Assembly (NCBI RefSeq): GCF_000092465.1 | Contig: NC_014205.1 | Location: 150,001-182,000, forward strand | DNA from: Staphylothermus hellenicus DSM 12710 | Lineage (GTDB): Archaea > Thermoproteota > Thermoprotei_A > Sulfolobales > Desulfurococcaceae | Direction of reading: 5' to 3' | DNA length: 32,000 bases | In this document: positions 17,811 to 27,700 of the stretch, piece by piece | Layout: each line of letters opens with the position of its first letter | How positions within the stretch are numbered: the stretch's first letter is position 1 | Translations under genes and position numbers: made by a program | Notes under the pieces: model-generated | Told to the model about the DNA's origin: nothing | Databases searched by the model: none | Seen by the model: only the letters and a program-made list of their open reading frames with translations

Positions 17811-18337
17811 CTACGTGGTTGTTTGTGTGTTGTTTTGGTAGGGAGACTGCTCGGCTATATATTTGCTACAAGGATAATTAATGATCATAGACTGGATGGA
17901 TTCCAGAAAGTATTAAAAAGCAATCATATCGGGTAAAAATAATTACGGAGTCATATAAATGAAACAAGAATAATTTCTCAACCCTCCTCCGATCAGGCTC
18001 TTCTAGAAAAGTTGTCTATATAGAAGCATTAATGACTCTCATGATCCTCTCTCACAGAGGATTTTGCAAACCCCTTTGGAGTATTTATTGATAACTTATC
18101 GGGTTCCCATATAATTTTCTCCATATTTTTTCGTGCTTTGAGCCCTCTAATCTTCTCCTCAGCAGATCCTTGAAGCTCTTATGGCCAATTAATTCTATCC
18201 TTGATATACTTGAAAGATGATGTAAAAATTGTTTCAAAGGGTTAAGACACTTAGATTTCTGGGATACTCTGTTTTTATATGTTAAAGTTTATTATCTTTT
18301 GTAGGGGCAGATCTATATTTGGAGGGTGTAGGAGGTT

Positions 18338-19246
18338 TTGTCTATTATTATTGATTCTGATAGGGGTAGGAGGGTAGCGGAGATCCTATATAATGCTTAT
18401 TATACCACTGGTATTTTCGGGTATAGATCTCCTCCAGAATCTGTTTTGCCTAAGGGTATGGTGAGGGGCTCGCTTCAACATGTTTTGTTTGTTACATTAA
18501 CGGTTTCCATTGATTATATGAGGGATGCTCAAGCATTATGGGAGAGTGCTAGGAGGACTTTCGAGGATCCTATGACTAGGTATTTATTTGATCCCAAGGC
18601 ACTATATGAAACACCCATAAATAAGATTATGAGGGATATGTTGAAATATGGTTTAGCTAAGAGGCCTAGGAAGGACTCATATATTTGGAAAACAGTTGGT
18701 GCAACTTTTTATAAGAAGTGGGGAGGGGATCCACGCAGTTTTCTTAGAAGCTGTGGATGGGATGCACCAACTATTCTTAAACGGTTAAAAAGTGATACCC
18801 ACCTAGATAGGGGTCGTCTGGTTCCTGATTATCCCTATCTTAGAGGGGATAAGATTGGTCCATTATGGTTGAGAATGCTCTGGGATATTGTTGGTGTTAA
18901 GGATTTGAGGAATTTGGATAAAGTCCCTATTCCCGTAGATGTACATGTTGCTAGAGCAACGCTTGCAACAGGTGTTGTTAGGGGGAGGTTTAGTGGGAGG
19001 CTTGAGGATTTATTCGAATATATTAGGAGGGCTTGGTTCCTAAGCGTTAAGGGGTTAAAGGCTGGGGATAGATCCATGATCGCATTGGATCTGGATGAGC
19101 CCCTGTGGCACTTATCCAAATATGGGTGTTCTAGGAGAGATAAGGATACAGGTTATTGTCCGCTACAAAGTTTTTGTGTTGTTAGAGAATATTGTGTTAA
19201 GGGGAGGATCTGGATAAATAATGGATATGTGGTGATGGATACATGA
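18338..19246 (+). CDS. HhH-GPD-superfamily-like (endonuclease III-like) protein with a C-terminal 4-Cys cluster; putative DNA glycosylase
   Basis: 302 aa with a TTG start after GGAGG. YLRGDKIGPLWLRMLWDIVGV is a hairpin-helix-like segment, and VPIPVDVHVARATLATGVVRG is an EndoIII-style DxHVxR block. The C-terminus LWHLSKYGCSRRDKDTGYCPLQSFCVVREYC resembles an Fe-S cluster loop with unusual Cys spacing. By eye only. Confidence 0.5.
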   Translation: MSIIIDSDRGRRVAEILYNAYYTTGIFGYRSPPESVLPKGMVRGSLQHVLFVTLTVSIDYMRDAQALWESARRTFEDPMTRYLFDPKALYETPINKIMRDMLKYGLAKRPRKDSYIWKTVGATFYKKWGGDPRSFLRSCGWDAPTILKRLKSDTHLDRGRLVPDYPYLRGDKIGPLWLRMLWDIVGVKDLRNLDKVPIPVDVHVARATLATGVVRGRFSGRLEDLFEYIRRAWFLSVKGLKAGDRSMIALDLDEPLWHLSKYGCSRRDKDTGYCPLQSFCVVREYCVKGRIWINNGYVVMDT

Positions 19247-19698
19247 AAACACTATGTATTGTTCCTTGTGGGAAGAGGAAGATTTGGGATAAATACCCAA
19301 ACAAGGGCCCTACTAAGGCAAGATACGTATACATAGGAGCTTTCGCGAAGAAGTGTAGGGAATACGCTGAGAAATTCTGTCCAAACTCCTGGGTTATCTT
19401 ATCGGCGAAGCATGGATTCTTGTTCCCAGACGATATAGTTCCTGGACCATACAATGTCAGCTTCAACGATAAAAAGACAAACCCTATATCCATAGAAGAG
19501 CTCAAAGCACAAGCACATATGAAGGGGCTTTACAGATATGATCGAATAATAGTCTTAGCCGGGAGAAACTATGCAGAAATAGTCAAAAAAGTCTTCTCAA
19601 ATAAAGAAGTTGTTACTCCACTAAGCAAATATAAGGGATTAGGCTATATGATGCAAAAACTAAATGAAGCAATAAGGAGAGGAGTACCGCTCCACTAA
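19243..19698 (+). CDS. YaaA/DUF6884-like small protein
   Basis: 151 aa. Its ATG overlaps the upstream stop (ATGA, 19243-19246). It has an N-terminal CIVPCGKRK and WVILSAKHGFLFPDDIVPGPYNVSF, matching my recollection of the DUF6884 pattern (C-S/G-x-x-K ... ILSAKYGL..P...I.PYD). Confidence 0.5.
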   Translation: MKTLCIVPCGKRKIWDKYPNKGPTKARYVYIGAFAKKCREYAEKFCPNSWVILSAKHGFLFPDDIVPGPYNVSFNDKKTNPISIEELKAQAHMKGLYRYDRIIVLAGRNYAEIVKKVFSNKEVVTPLSKYKGLGYMMQKLNEAIRRGVPLH

Positions 19699-19817
19699 AA
19701 CACATTAGATCCAGCTGTATCATCATATACTTAAGTTGATAAAAATATATTACTTGGTCAAAGCACGGGAAACAAATATATCCCCTAAAACCTCTATATT
19801 ATACATGGTTAGATTTT

Positions 19818-20753
19818 TTGTTAAACCATTATTTTTGTATTAGGTGGTTAGTGTTGAATAAGATTTTAGTTTTCGGGATCATTTTTCTCCTAGTCTATGC
19901 TGAGGCTTCAGTATTTACTCCAATAAACAGTATGGTTACTGGTACGGATGTTTCGGGGGCTGGGAGGCCGAAGATATTGTTCATCTATTATTATTGGCTT
20001 CCAAACTATGGTCCAGCATATTGGTTTATACGTAATTTGTCAATGTATGGTGATGTAGTTTTTATCCGGGCAGATGCTCTAGCTAATCAATCGGATCAGT
20101 ATATTATGGATTATTTGAGACAATTCGACATATACGCTACCATTAATGCTGGTTATGGTCCCTGGCTTTGTCTGGTTGATTTTTGGAGTAAGTATCCGAG
20201 ACTAGTCAATATTATTAGGTTATTAGTTAGAGAGGAGGGGAAGAGTATTCTCGTCGTTGTAGCATCAACAAGTAATAGCCACCCAATCTCCGACATGGTT
20301 TATGCTGAATGTCTTGATACCCCGGATTATTGGATCAACTATGAGATCGCATCATCAAACATAACAGTGGGAATCAATAATATAACTGGTAGATCACTCC
20401 ACATACATCTCTACGGTGGAAAACCACTCATTATACTACCCAATAAACATGATTGGCTAAGTCGAAGAGCAGCATTAGCAGTATACGGATACTATGGGAA
20501 AGGAAAATACGCCGTATTAAGCATAGATCTATTCCAATCAAGCAACCACATAAGAGGAGACATTGAAAAACTATTATCAAACATAATACAATGGCTCACA
20601 AACAAGGAAACCCGAGAAAACAAAACAATCATAAACCCACCAATAGAAAACCTAACAATAACATCAACAATCCTCATAACACCACTAATAATCACCCTAA
20701 TAGGAGCATACATAATCAAACAACACAGAACAAACCCACATAAACAACCCTAA
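19818..20753 (+). CDS. Extracellular protein with signal peptide and C-terminal TM anchor, unknown function
   Basis: The likely start is the GTG at 19851, after AGGTGG (VLNKILVFGIIFLLVYAEA). The C-terminus ITSTILITPLIITLIGAYII followed by KQHR is a membrane anchor. Confidence 0.6.
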   Translation: MLNHYFCIRWLVLNKILVFGIIFLLVYAEASVFTPINSMVTGTDVSGAGRPKILFIYYYWLPNYGPAYWFIRNLSMYGDVVFIRADALANQSDQYIMDYLRQFDIYATINAGYGPWLCLVDFWSKYPRLVNIIRLLVREEGKSILVVVASTSNSHPISDMVYAECLDTPDYWINYEIASSNITVGINNITGRSLHIHLYGGKPLIILPNKHDWLSRRAALAVYGYYGKGKYAVLSIDLFQSSNHIRGDIEKLLSNIIQWLTNKETRENKTIINPPIENLTITSTILITPLIITLIGAYIIKQHRTNPHKQP

Positions 20754-20884
20754 AACACAACACAAACAAAACATTATCGACTCCTAAAACCATTAGAAGC
20801 CCAGCCACCTTATGGTCATCAATATATAGTTAAATAGCTAAGCAGTTTCCACACCAGAACAATACTCTAAACCCTATAGAAAAC

Positions 20885-21045
20885 TAGTCGAACAATTTAC
20901 ATTATACAAACCCGTCAAGGGGTCAAAGACACTATTTATCTTATAGTGAGCTGTTCGAACACGATCAAGCAAGGGATCAATTATAGAAAAGCATATATAT
21001 CGGGTTCGAAGAAAAATATAAATGTAACAATATATTCGAGGCAAT
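20885..21045 (+). promoter_or_regulatory. CRISPR leader (right copy, plus-strand orientation)
   Basis: Homologous to the reverse complement of 17653-17810. It directly precedes the first repeat at 21046 and contains TTCGAA at three positions plus variants. Confidence 0.6.
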
Positions 21046-21136
21046 GTAACAACCTAAAAAGAATTGAAAGCCTCTAAATCCATAAGCTTCCTGCAGCGAA
21101 CCTCCTCTTCAGTAACAACATAGAAAGAATTGAAAG
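21046..21136 (+). CRISPR. Vestigial CRISPR array: 2 repeats (25 nt) and 1 spacer (41 nt)
   Basis: Repeat 1, 21046-21070: GTAACAACCTAAAAAGAATTGAAAG. Spacer, 21071-21111: CCTCTAAATCCATAAGCTTCCTGCAGCGAACCTCCTCTTCA. Repeat 2, 21112-21136: GTAACAACATAGAAAGAATTGAAAG. The two repeats differ at 2 positions. Confidence 0.8.
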
Positions 21137-21258
21137 ATTTGTTTTGTAACCCGAGAATTAGGGTCTTTTCCCTCAAATTACCTAATACAGCCAACTATAT
21201 TGCTATAGTAATTATAATTGCAAATTTCTAATTATTGTATTTCTTGGGTAATATAGTC

Positions 21259-22602
21259 TTAAGCCTGCTTTATTTTTTCAATAATATTTTCTTCGGCTAT
21301 GTTTATGTGTTCATTGATGAGTTGGTCTAGTTCTTTTATTTTATTGATTTTTCTAAAGTTTAACGGTATTATTGCGACGTATTTGTTTTTGTCGTTTATA
21401 GGGATTGGTTTGTGTTGGTTGTTTGTTTTTTGTGTGTAGGTTGCGTTGTAGATTATTGCTCCTTTATCTACGTTGTACTCGTTCATGTATCCTAGTACTA
21501 TTCTTAGTTCTCTATAAATATCTTCTAAACTTCGTCTCTGCTTAGCATCCATAACAAATACTATTTCTTCACCGTCTCCCTTGTTAATTGTTATTGTTAT
21601 ATCTGGTCTACCAGCTTCAGGTCCCCCAATTACTTGTTTGTTTCTAGTAAGCCAGCTTTTATCGCTGAAGCCTTTGCTGTGATAGATCCTATAACTAATA
21701 TTTTCCCCGTTCTCCTCAACATTTATTTCTATAAATTCTCCCTTATGATCAACAATTATTTCCTTCACCCCTATCCGTTCTAGTTTTGATAGTAGAGCGT
21801 ATGTGGTTAGATAATGAGTGTAGATCTCGAATATTCTCTCAAGCTCTACTCCTACAATGGATCCTGTATGCTCAGGTTTTCCATGAACAGCGATCTCTTC
21901 CCCGATATTCATGATTGTTTGGAGATATTGTTTAAAACTTTTAGCGAGGAAATAATATCCATAGTTTCCGCGTTCTAGAACTGTGTCACATAGTTGTAGG
22001 AGTGAATCATAATCTTCTCTCTCAACTATACCTGCTAGTTCGGTTATCCAAGATACGCTACTATATGTTTCTCTTAGATCATCAAGTATTAAACCTATAA
22101 TCTTATTTAATAAATAGTTTTCAGCAGATACATTTTCTTCCAAATCCTCAATTATCTCCTTGATTTCCAAAGCAATATTCGCTAATAACAATGTCTCGGG
22201 TGAATCATATAATCTTTTATTAATACTTGATACTATTAAGAGTCTGCCACTACCGTATAGTGCTATTGTTTTTGGAAAATCTATTCTCCCCCTGGCAACA
22301 ATATCTATTCGATCCTCATAACTGGTTTCATAGATCAACTCTAACGGTATTCTTTTCAGAGTTTCTATAACATCTCTTATAGCTAGAACACGTGCAGTGA
22401 GCAAACCAGCCTTATAAGCATCCCTTAAAACACGGTCCTTTACTTCTCCAAAAAACTTTATAGGGTAACCCTTTACATAGCTGTAGAAGAGAAATAATCC
22501 TATAAGCCTAACAGTAACCATATACATGGATTCTAGGAGATCTTGATCTTTAGAACTTTGAGACAATATTACCGACCATTTCAATAAGTCCTTTATAATC
22601 AT
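21259..22602 (-). CDS. McrC-like PD-(D/E)xK nuclease subunit
   Basis: 447 aa, last gene of the operon and directly after the McrB-like gene. The C-terminal GRPDITITINKGDGEEIVFVMDAKQR fits a PD...(D/E)xK active site in the position seen in McrC. The track start overlaps the upstream gene by 53 nt; the internal Met at about 22527 (MYMVTV) is an alternative. Confidence 0.65.
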   Translation of the reverse strand: MIIKDLLKWSVILSQSSKDQDLLESMYMVTVRLIGLFLFYSYVKGYPIKFFGEVKDRVLRDAYKAGLLTARVLAIRDVIETLKRIPLELIYETSYEDRIDIVARGRIDFPKTIALYGSGRLLIVSSINKRLYDSPETLLLANIALEIKEIIEDLEENVSAENYLLNKIIGLILDDLRETYSSVSWITELAGIVEREDYDSLLQLCDTVLERGNYGYYFLAKSFKQYLQTIMNIGEEIAVHGKPEHTGSIVGVELERIFEIYTHYLTTYALLSKLERIGVKEIIVDHKGEFIEINVEENGENISYRIYHSKGFSDKSWLTRNKQVIGGPEAGRPDITITINKGDGEEIVFVMDAKQRRSLEDIYRELRIVLGYMNEYNVDKGAIIYNATYTQKTNNQHKPIPINDKNKYVAIIPLNFRKINKIKELDQLINEHINIAEENIIEKIKQA

Positions 22603-24268
22603 TTAGTTCTCCTGATTCCATAATCTTCTCTAATGCATCAATGTATTTCTTTGGAAGCATTATCTTAGATATCTCGGGATCAAGAATTGAAGCTAGAGAA
22701 CTAGATAATGCTTCATCAATAACATTCTTGATACTCTTCGAAGGATTCATGCTAATAAGATTATATGCATCAATAGCAGATTCAATTATATAAGATATTC
22801 CTAGAGGGAAGTCATTATTAATAAATATTCTATAGATTCTCGTTAACTCCTCAGCAACATCGCTAAGCCTCTGAGTATCAACATTACTGATCTCTTTAAG
22901 TACGTTGCTAGCTTTTCTCGAGACTATCTTCTTTAAAACTTCTTCATTAGCATTAGAGATTTTCTGCGGGAATACTCTTACAATATGGAATCTTCTAAGT
23001 AATGCATAACCTAGTGTGAACAAATGGGTTATATCCCACGTGTTAATTGTTGCTACTATTCTAAATCCCCAAGGCAACGTATTGTTTGCTTTAACATGTT
23101 TTAGTATTGTCTCAGCAGCATCATCTCTATCATCATAGTTTTTAATCTCATCGATAAGTGACTGGGGCAACTTCCATTGGCTAGGATCTATGCCTGGGTA
23201 TATTGTGAAGAATTCTGCTAAAACCTTATCAGCTTCGCAACGATTCAGTTCATCGATAAGCAATAATACACCTTTAAACCCCTTATTCTCACCAGACTTC
23301 TTATCCTCATCAGCTCTACTAATGTATTCAATATGTTTTGCAAGAGCTGATAGAAATACACCACTCTTCCACTTGAATCCTTTAGAAGAAATAATCGGTC
23401 CACCTATGAAATCATAGCGGGTCCACGTAGAAGAAGCAGTAGTGCTCACCAATTCATAATTGAGATATTTAGCTAGAAGCTCTGCTAAATACGATTTACC
23501 AGTACCCGGCGGCCCAACTAATAATAAGTGCTTACCCTTATTATATCCAGCAACAAGATCATCAAGGATCTCTTCAGAATAAAAACCATCATTATCGATC
23601 ACATGATTTTTGAACCCTTCATAATCAATAAGTATTGGATGCGAAGGTTTTGGCTTATGATATTCTTCTTTCATCCCCATAGAATGTATCTTCATGTACT
23701 CACTCTCCCTAAGGGATGCTAGGTACCAGCCCTGTTTTATGATATTCTCACTAATATTCTTGGTCTCTCCATAATTTATAGGATCTTCATATTCTTGGAA
23801 GTTAGATAACCTTAGTAAAAAGAAAGAAATACCGCTTATATTTCCTATTCTTTTTCTTATTTTTTCTTCTGCCCTTTCTAAATATTGATTTAAATCTATA
23901 TTTTTCTGAGTAGAGCTGTTTTTCTGGAGAAGACGCGTAAGCTCATTTCTGAGTTCATACCAGGTATATTCTTTAATGTTCTTATTATCTTCTTCTCGAA
24001 GAATCGATCTACCTATAAAAGCTTTTTTGACTTCTCCTTTCTTACTGTGAATATATATAGCTCTTGACCCCACATAATGTATGATTGTTAATTCACTGAA
24101 TTGTTTAAGGGATTTTATAATGGCATTATATTCTGCTGCATGACGACCCTTTATCGGCCCCCATAAAGCCACTCCTATATGAGCAGGAATAGGCAAACTC
24201 CAATTGTTTATTTCAACCCAGTATTTTGAAGGTTCTAATCTTTTATAGCTATACAAAATATTTTTCAC
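22550..24268 (-). CDS. McrB-like AAA+ GTPase/ATPase with a divergent N-terminal domain
   Basis: 572 aa. It has Walker A LLLVGPPGTGKSYLAELLA, Walker B plus the McrB-type NR motif VLLLIDELNRCEADKVLAEFF, then FRIVATINTWD and GYALLRRF. The first roughly 200 aa are unrelated to the ATPase core. Confidence 0.8.
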   Translation of the reverse strand: MKNILYSYKRLEPSKYWVEINNWSLPIPAHIGVALWGPIKGRHAAEYNAIIKSLKQFSELTIIHYVGSRAIYIHSKKGEVKKAFIGRSILREEDNKNIKEYTWYELRNELTRLLQKNSSTQKNIDLNQYLERAEEKIRKRIGNISGISFFLLRLSNFQEYEDPINYGETKNISENIIKQGWYLASLRESEYMKIHSMGMKEEYHKPKPSHPILIDYEGFKNHVIDNDGFYSEEILDDLVAGYNKGKHLLLVGPPGTGKSYLAELLAKYLNYELVSTTASSTWTRYDFIGGPIISSKGFKWKSGVFLSALAKHIEYISRADEDKKSGENKGFKGVLLLIDELNRCEADKVLAEFFTIYPGIDPSQWKLPQSLIDEIKNYDDRDDAAETILKHVKANNTLPWGFRIVATINTWDITHLFTLGYALLRRFHIVRVFPQKISNANEEVLKKIVSRKASNVLKEISNVDTQRLSDVAEELTRIYRIFINNDFPLGISYIIESAIDAYNLISMNPSKSIKNVIDEALSSSLASILDPEISKIMLPKKYIDALEKIMESGELNDYKGLIEMVGNIVSKF

Positions 24269-24711
24269 CTCTTATCTATTTCTAAAAGTATTCTTAAAGC
24301 CCTAGCTGGTCTAAGTATTCCCGGATATTTTCTTTCTCTAAATCTCTCAACAATTATTCCCGCCCAATACTTTAGATCTAGATATGTAAGTGTTTTAACC
24401 GCTTCCATTGCTTGGAGTTTTTTCTTATAAGTTCTTAAATTGCTAGTGATAACGGCATAGATTAATACTTTTGCATAAGTTTCCCAATTATCCGTTGTAA
24501 AAGTCATAATTTTTCTGCCGCCTTTCTTTTTGAAACCGCTTCTAAGAGCATATTGTATTAGTAATTGTGGATTACATCTAATTTTTACTTCTAATACTCC
24601 TCTACTCCTAGTTGTGCCAGCGTAGAATCTTGAAATTCCCATGTTGTTTCTAGAATAGATTACTAGGTAATATAGAGGCTTAGCTTCATCATCAATAGTA
24701 GAGCTCATCAC
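24265..24711 (-). CDS. Small operon protein, unknown function (occupies the slot of the small DUF3780-type partner in DUF1156/DUF499 clusters)
   Basis: 148-aa ORF with 4-nt overlaps to both neighbours (24708-24711 and 24265-24268), which implies translational coupling. It is basic, and I cannot place its family from sequence alone. Confidence 0.55.
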   Translation of the reverse strand: MMSSTIDDEAKPLYYLVIYSRNNMGISRFYAGTTRSRGVLEVKIRCNPQLLIQYALRSGFKKKGGRKIMTFTTDNWETYAKVLIYAVITSNLRTYKKKLQAMEAVKTLTYLDLKYWAGIIVERFRERKYPGILRPARALRILLEIDKR

Positions 24712-27700
24712 TTCCTCCTCACAATTGTAACTATTATATCGGCGTATCTAATGTATTTGTCAAGTATTCTTTTAAGAGTTGAATTGATAGTTATCTCTTT
24801 TGGAAATTCTGCTTCGAAGCTTCCCTCGACAAATATATTTGAACCCATAGACTCTAGTAGTTCGCTAACTACGTCATAGACTATTGCTGGATCAGCTTGT
24901 TTAAATAAAACATCGCTCACTCCATACTCTCGGCTTTTCACGTGGAGCTCCATTTTATTGACAATGAACACCTTCTCATCCGGTTTACTTAGTAATTCAG
25001 TTAATTTGTTAATGAGCTCCAGTATATCTCTATAATTCTTATTGCTAATTGAGCTCTTAATACTGATTAAAACATCTCCTTCTTCAAGAACCCCTGGTTC
25101 ATGAATATCAATAACACTAGTCTTAGGCTTAACAGTGATTATTTCCTCGTATGAGTTACCATTATCATCGATCGCCCTAATCGTTATCAATGTTTGTTGC
25201 CTGATCCTTGAACCATTTATTTTAATCCACGTCTTAAACGGTACTTGTCCTTCAAGAACTCCATGATCAGTTACTGCATCACTAGACACGGTGATTTTAA
25301 CATTGCCACCATAGTCTCCTAGAGGTTGAGCCTCAATTCTCACATCTACGCTTTCATCAGGTGAGATCTCAATATATGATGGCTCAACTACTAGGTTTAT
25401 CCCTGTTTTCAGAATCTTTTCCTCCTTAACAATGAAGCCGTCTCTAAGAATTATTTCCCAGTCTGGAAACTTTTCGATATCCTTAATTGAATACCTCTTA
25501 TTCCTGTATACAACGTAGTAGTTTAACTTGAGAATACCATTATCTATTCTTGTTCCGTCGTTTTCTTCTATATCGCTTTTGATCTCCTCTAGTATCTCCT
25601 TTAGCGCGTCTCGCCAATGCATTATAATGAAGCTTTCTTGTATTCTTGTTGGTTCTTCTCCTCTGTCCTTATCAGTAAATGATGTAATATCGTTTGGTGA
25701 ATATATGCGTTTAAAGTATCTTCTATTGAACTCGTCTATTAAGGCGATTTCTAGGTTTAATACACCCTCCTTGATGGCATCTTTAATTCTATCTTCTCTT
25801 ACCATAGGTAGTTCGGGCCTTGTCTTAAAGACATTGATAACGTCTCCAACACTGATCTTTCTCCCAGGTTTTATTTCAATTTCAACCTTGCTTAAATAAG
25901 TCTTTAATGATTCAAAATTTAATGATCTAACTATTTTACCAATGCTTGGAGAGCTTAGTGCTGAGACAACTTTTTCACTAATTGATTTATCAGATGATGT
26001 AGCATATGTTTTCTCAACAATTCTTCTAGAATCTTTAACTGCTGGATAATATATTTGATCAAAGAAGTTAAGAATATTTGTTAATAAGATGTTTTCGATC
26101 ATTCTTTTCTGGTACGATGCAATACTTCTCTCAATATCCTTGATCTCCTTGGCATAACCACTATACAGCTCATTTATTCTATCCATAATTATTTCTGCCG
26201 CTCTCAGAAGTGCTTGATACTCGAGAAGGGATTCGAGTTTATCCTTTGTCGAAATAGTTACTGCTACAACGGTATTAGCGTGTGTTCTCTCAATTCCTCT
26301 AAACTTATAGATTAGCTCTTCGATCTCCTTTGGCTTATTATATAGTATAGCAACCAGCTTATAGGAACTGCTATCAGGAACCTCAGCCTCCGACGCGTAT
26401 CTATAAACCGATATATTCTTTGCATCGAATATTTCAGCATATCTAAATCGTTCCATAGAATAGACACTAGCTTCTCGGGCTCTGCCTACTTCGATTAAAC
26501 GTGAAGTCATTAATTTATGTATATTCTCCATAAGCAAGTTCTCGACATGGCTCCTGTTTTCTTCTAAAATCTTTTTAGCTTCTCTTCTAATCCATTCCTT
26601 TATAGATGCAATTCTAGAATACCAGTATCTATCGGTTGATTCATCATAGTGTAGGAAGACAGTATAGTTACTGATCTTGATCTCTGATAATGCATCTACT
26701 ATATCTACCGGCTTATACCTATTAGATTCGAAGAATTTTGGTTCATAAACCATTTGAACGATTTCTTTGCTTGTTGGAAACACTGGTTCTGCTTTAAGAC
26801 TATCATAGGGATAAGTTGATAAGAATATTGTTCTTAGAATTATCTTTATTAGGTTCTTCCTTTCTGATTCTTTAGGGATTTTGTTATCCAGTGCAACTAT
26901 TTCGTCAGCATATATTCTCTGGTAATCACTATAATCTCCCATGAAGAATAGGCCTTCAACACCGAGCTCGACAGGGTCAATATGCCACGGCATAATCAGT
27001 ACTGGATCCTCGTTGCTCCTCAATAGTTTCCTTAACAGTAGCCTAGATATCCTCATTAAGAACCTGGTCCTATTACCAGTAACTCTTTCAGCGATTTCCC
27101 TGAGCACACTGATATAGGAGGGGTGGAAGGGATAGGTCTTTTTAATGTCTTCTCTGAGCTTACTAGTATCTCCAAATACCTCCTTGAACTCGTTATAAGT
27201 ACTTATAAGTTTACGGATCTCATTTTTTGCCTCATCAACTCTGACCTCACTGAAAAGCCTCTTCTTTACAACATTGAAGAGTTCAGTACTCCTAGATATT
27301 GGGGCATATACATTGCCTGCTACACGTAATAGAGCATCCAATAGATCTCTTACAAATTCGCTTATCCTCTTATACCTTGGCTGAGGCTCTATTCCTCCAG
27401 GCTTCTTTTCCGCAGCAATAGTAATTACTAATACATTGTTTGTTGACTCAACTGCTTGCGCTAGTCTATCAAAGAACCTAACTACCTCGCTCACATATCC
27501 CTCCTTATTCTTATACTTTGATGAAAGAATAGAATCTATATAGTCAAGGATCTCGTCTACAAGAATAACAACTTTGCGGCCTTGCAAAAGTTTTTTGAGA
27601 ACACTTTGATCAGGGCATGTCTCGTTTTTATCATCCCTCTCCACAAGCTCGTATCTCTTCAATCTATCTGCTAGATAGCCCCATAAAGTCTTTATTTTAC

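Noticed and set aside
21146-21165. A possible third, degenerate CRISPR repeat (GTAACCCGAGAATTAGGGTC).
   Set aside because: It lies only 9 nt after repeat 2, far below spacer length, and matches the repeat only at GTAAC and GAATT. It is treated as at most a deletion scar, not as a repeat unit.
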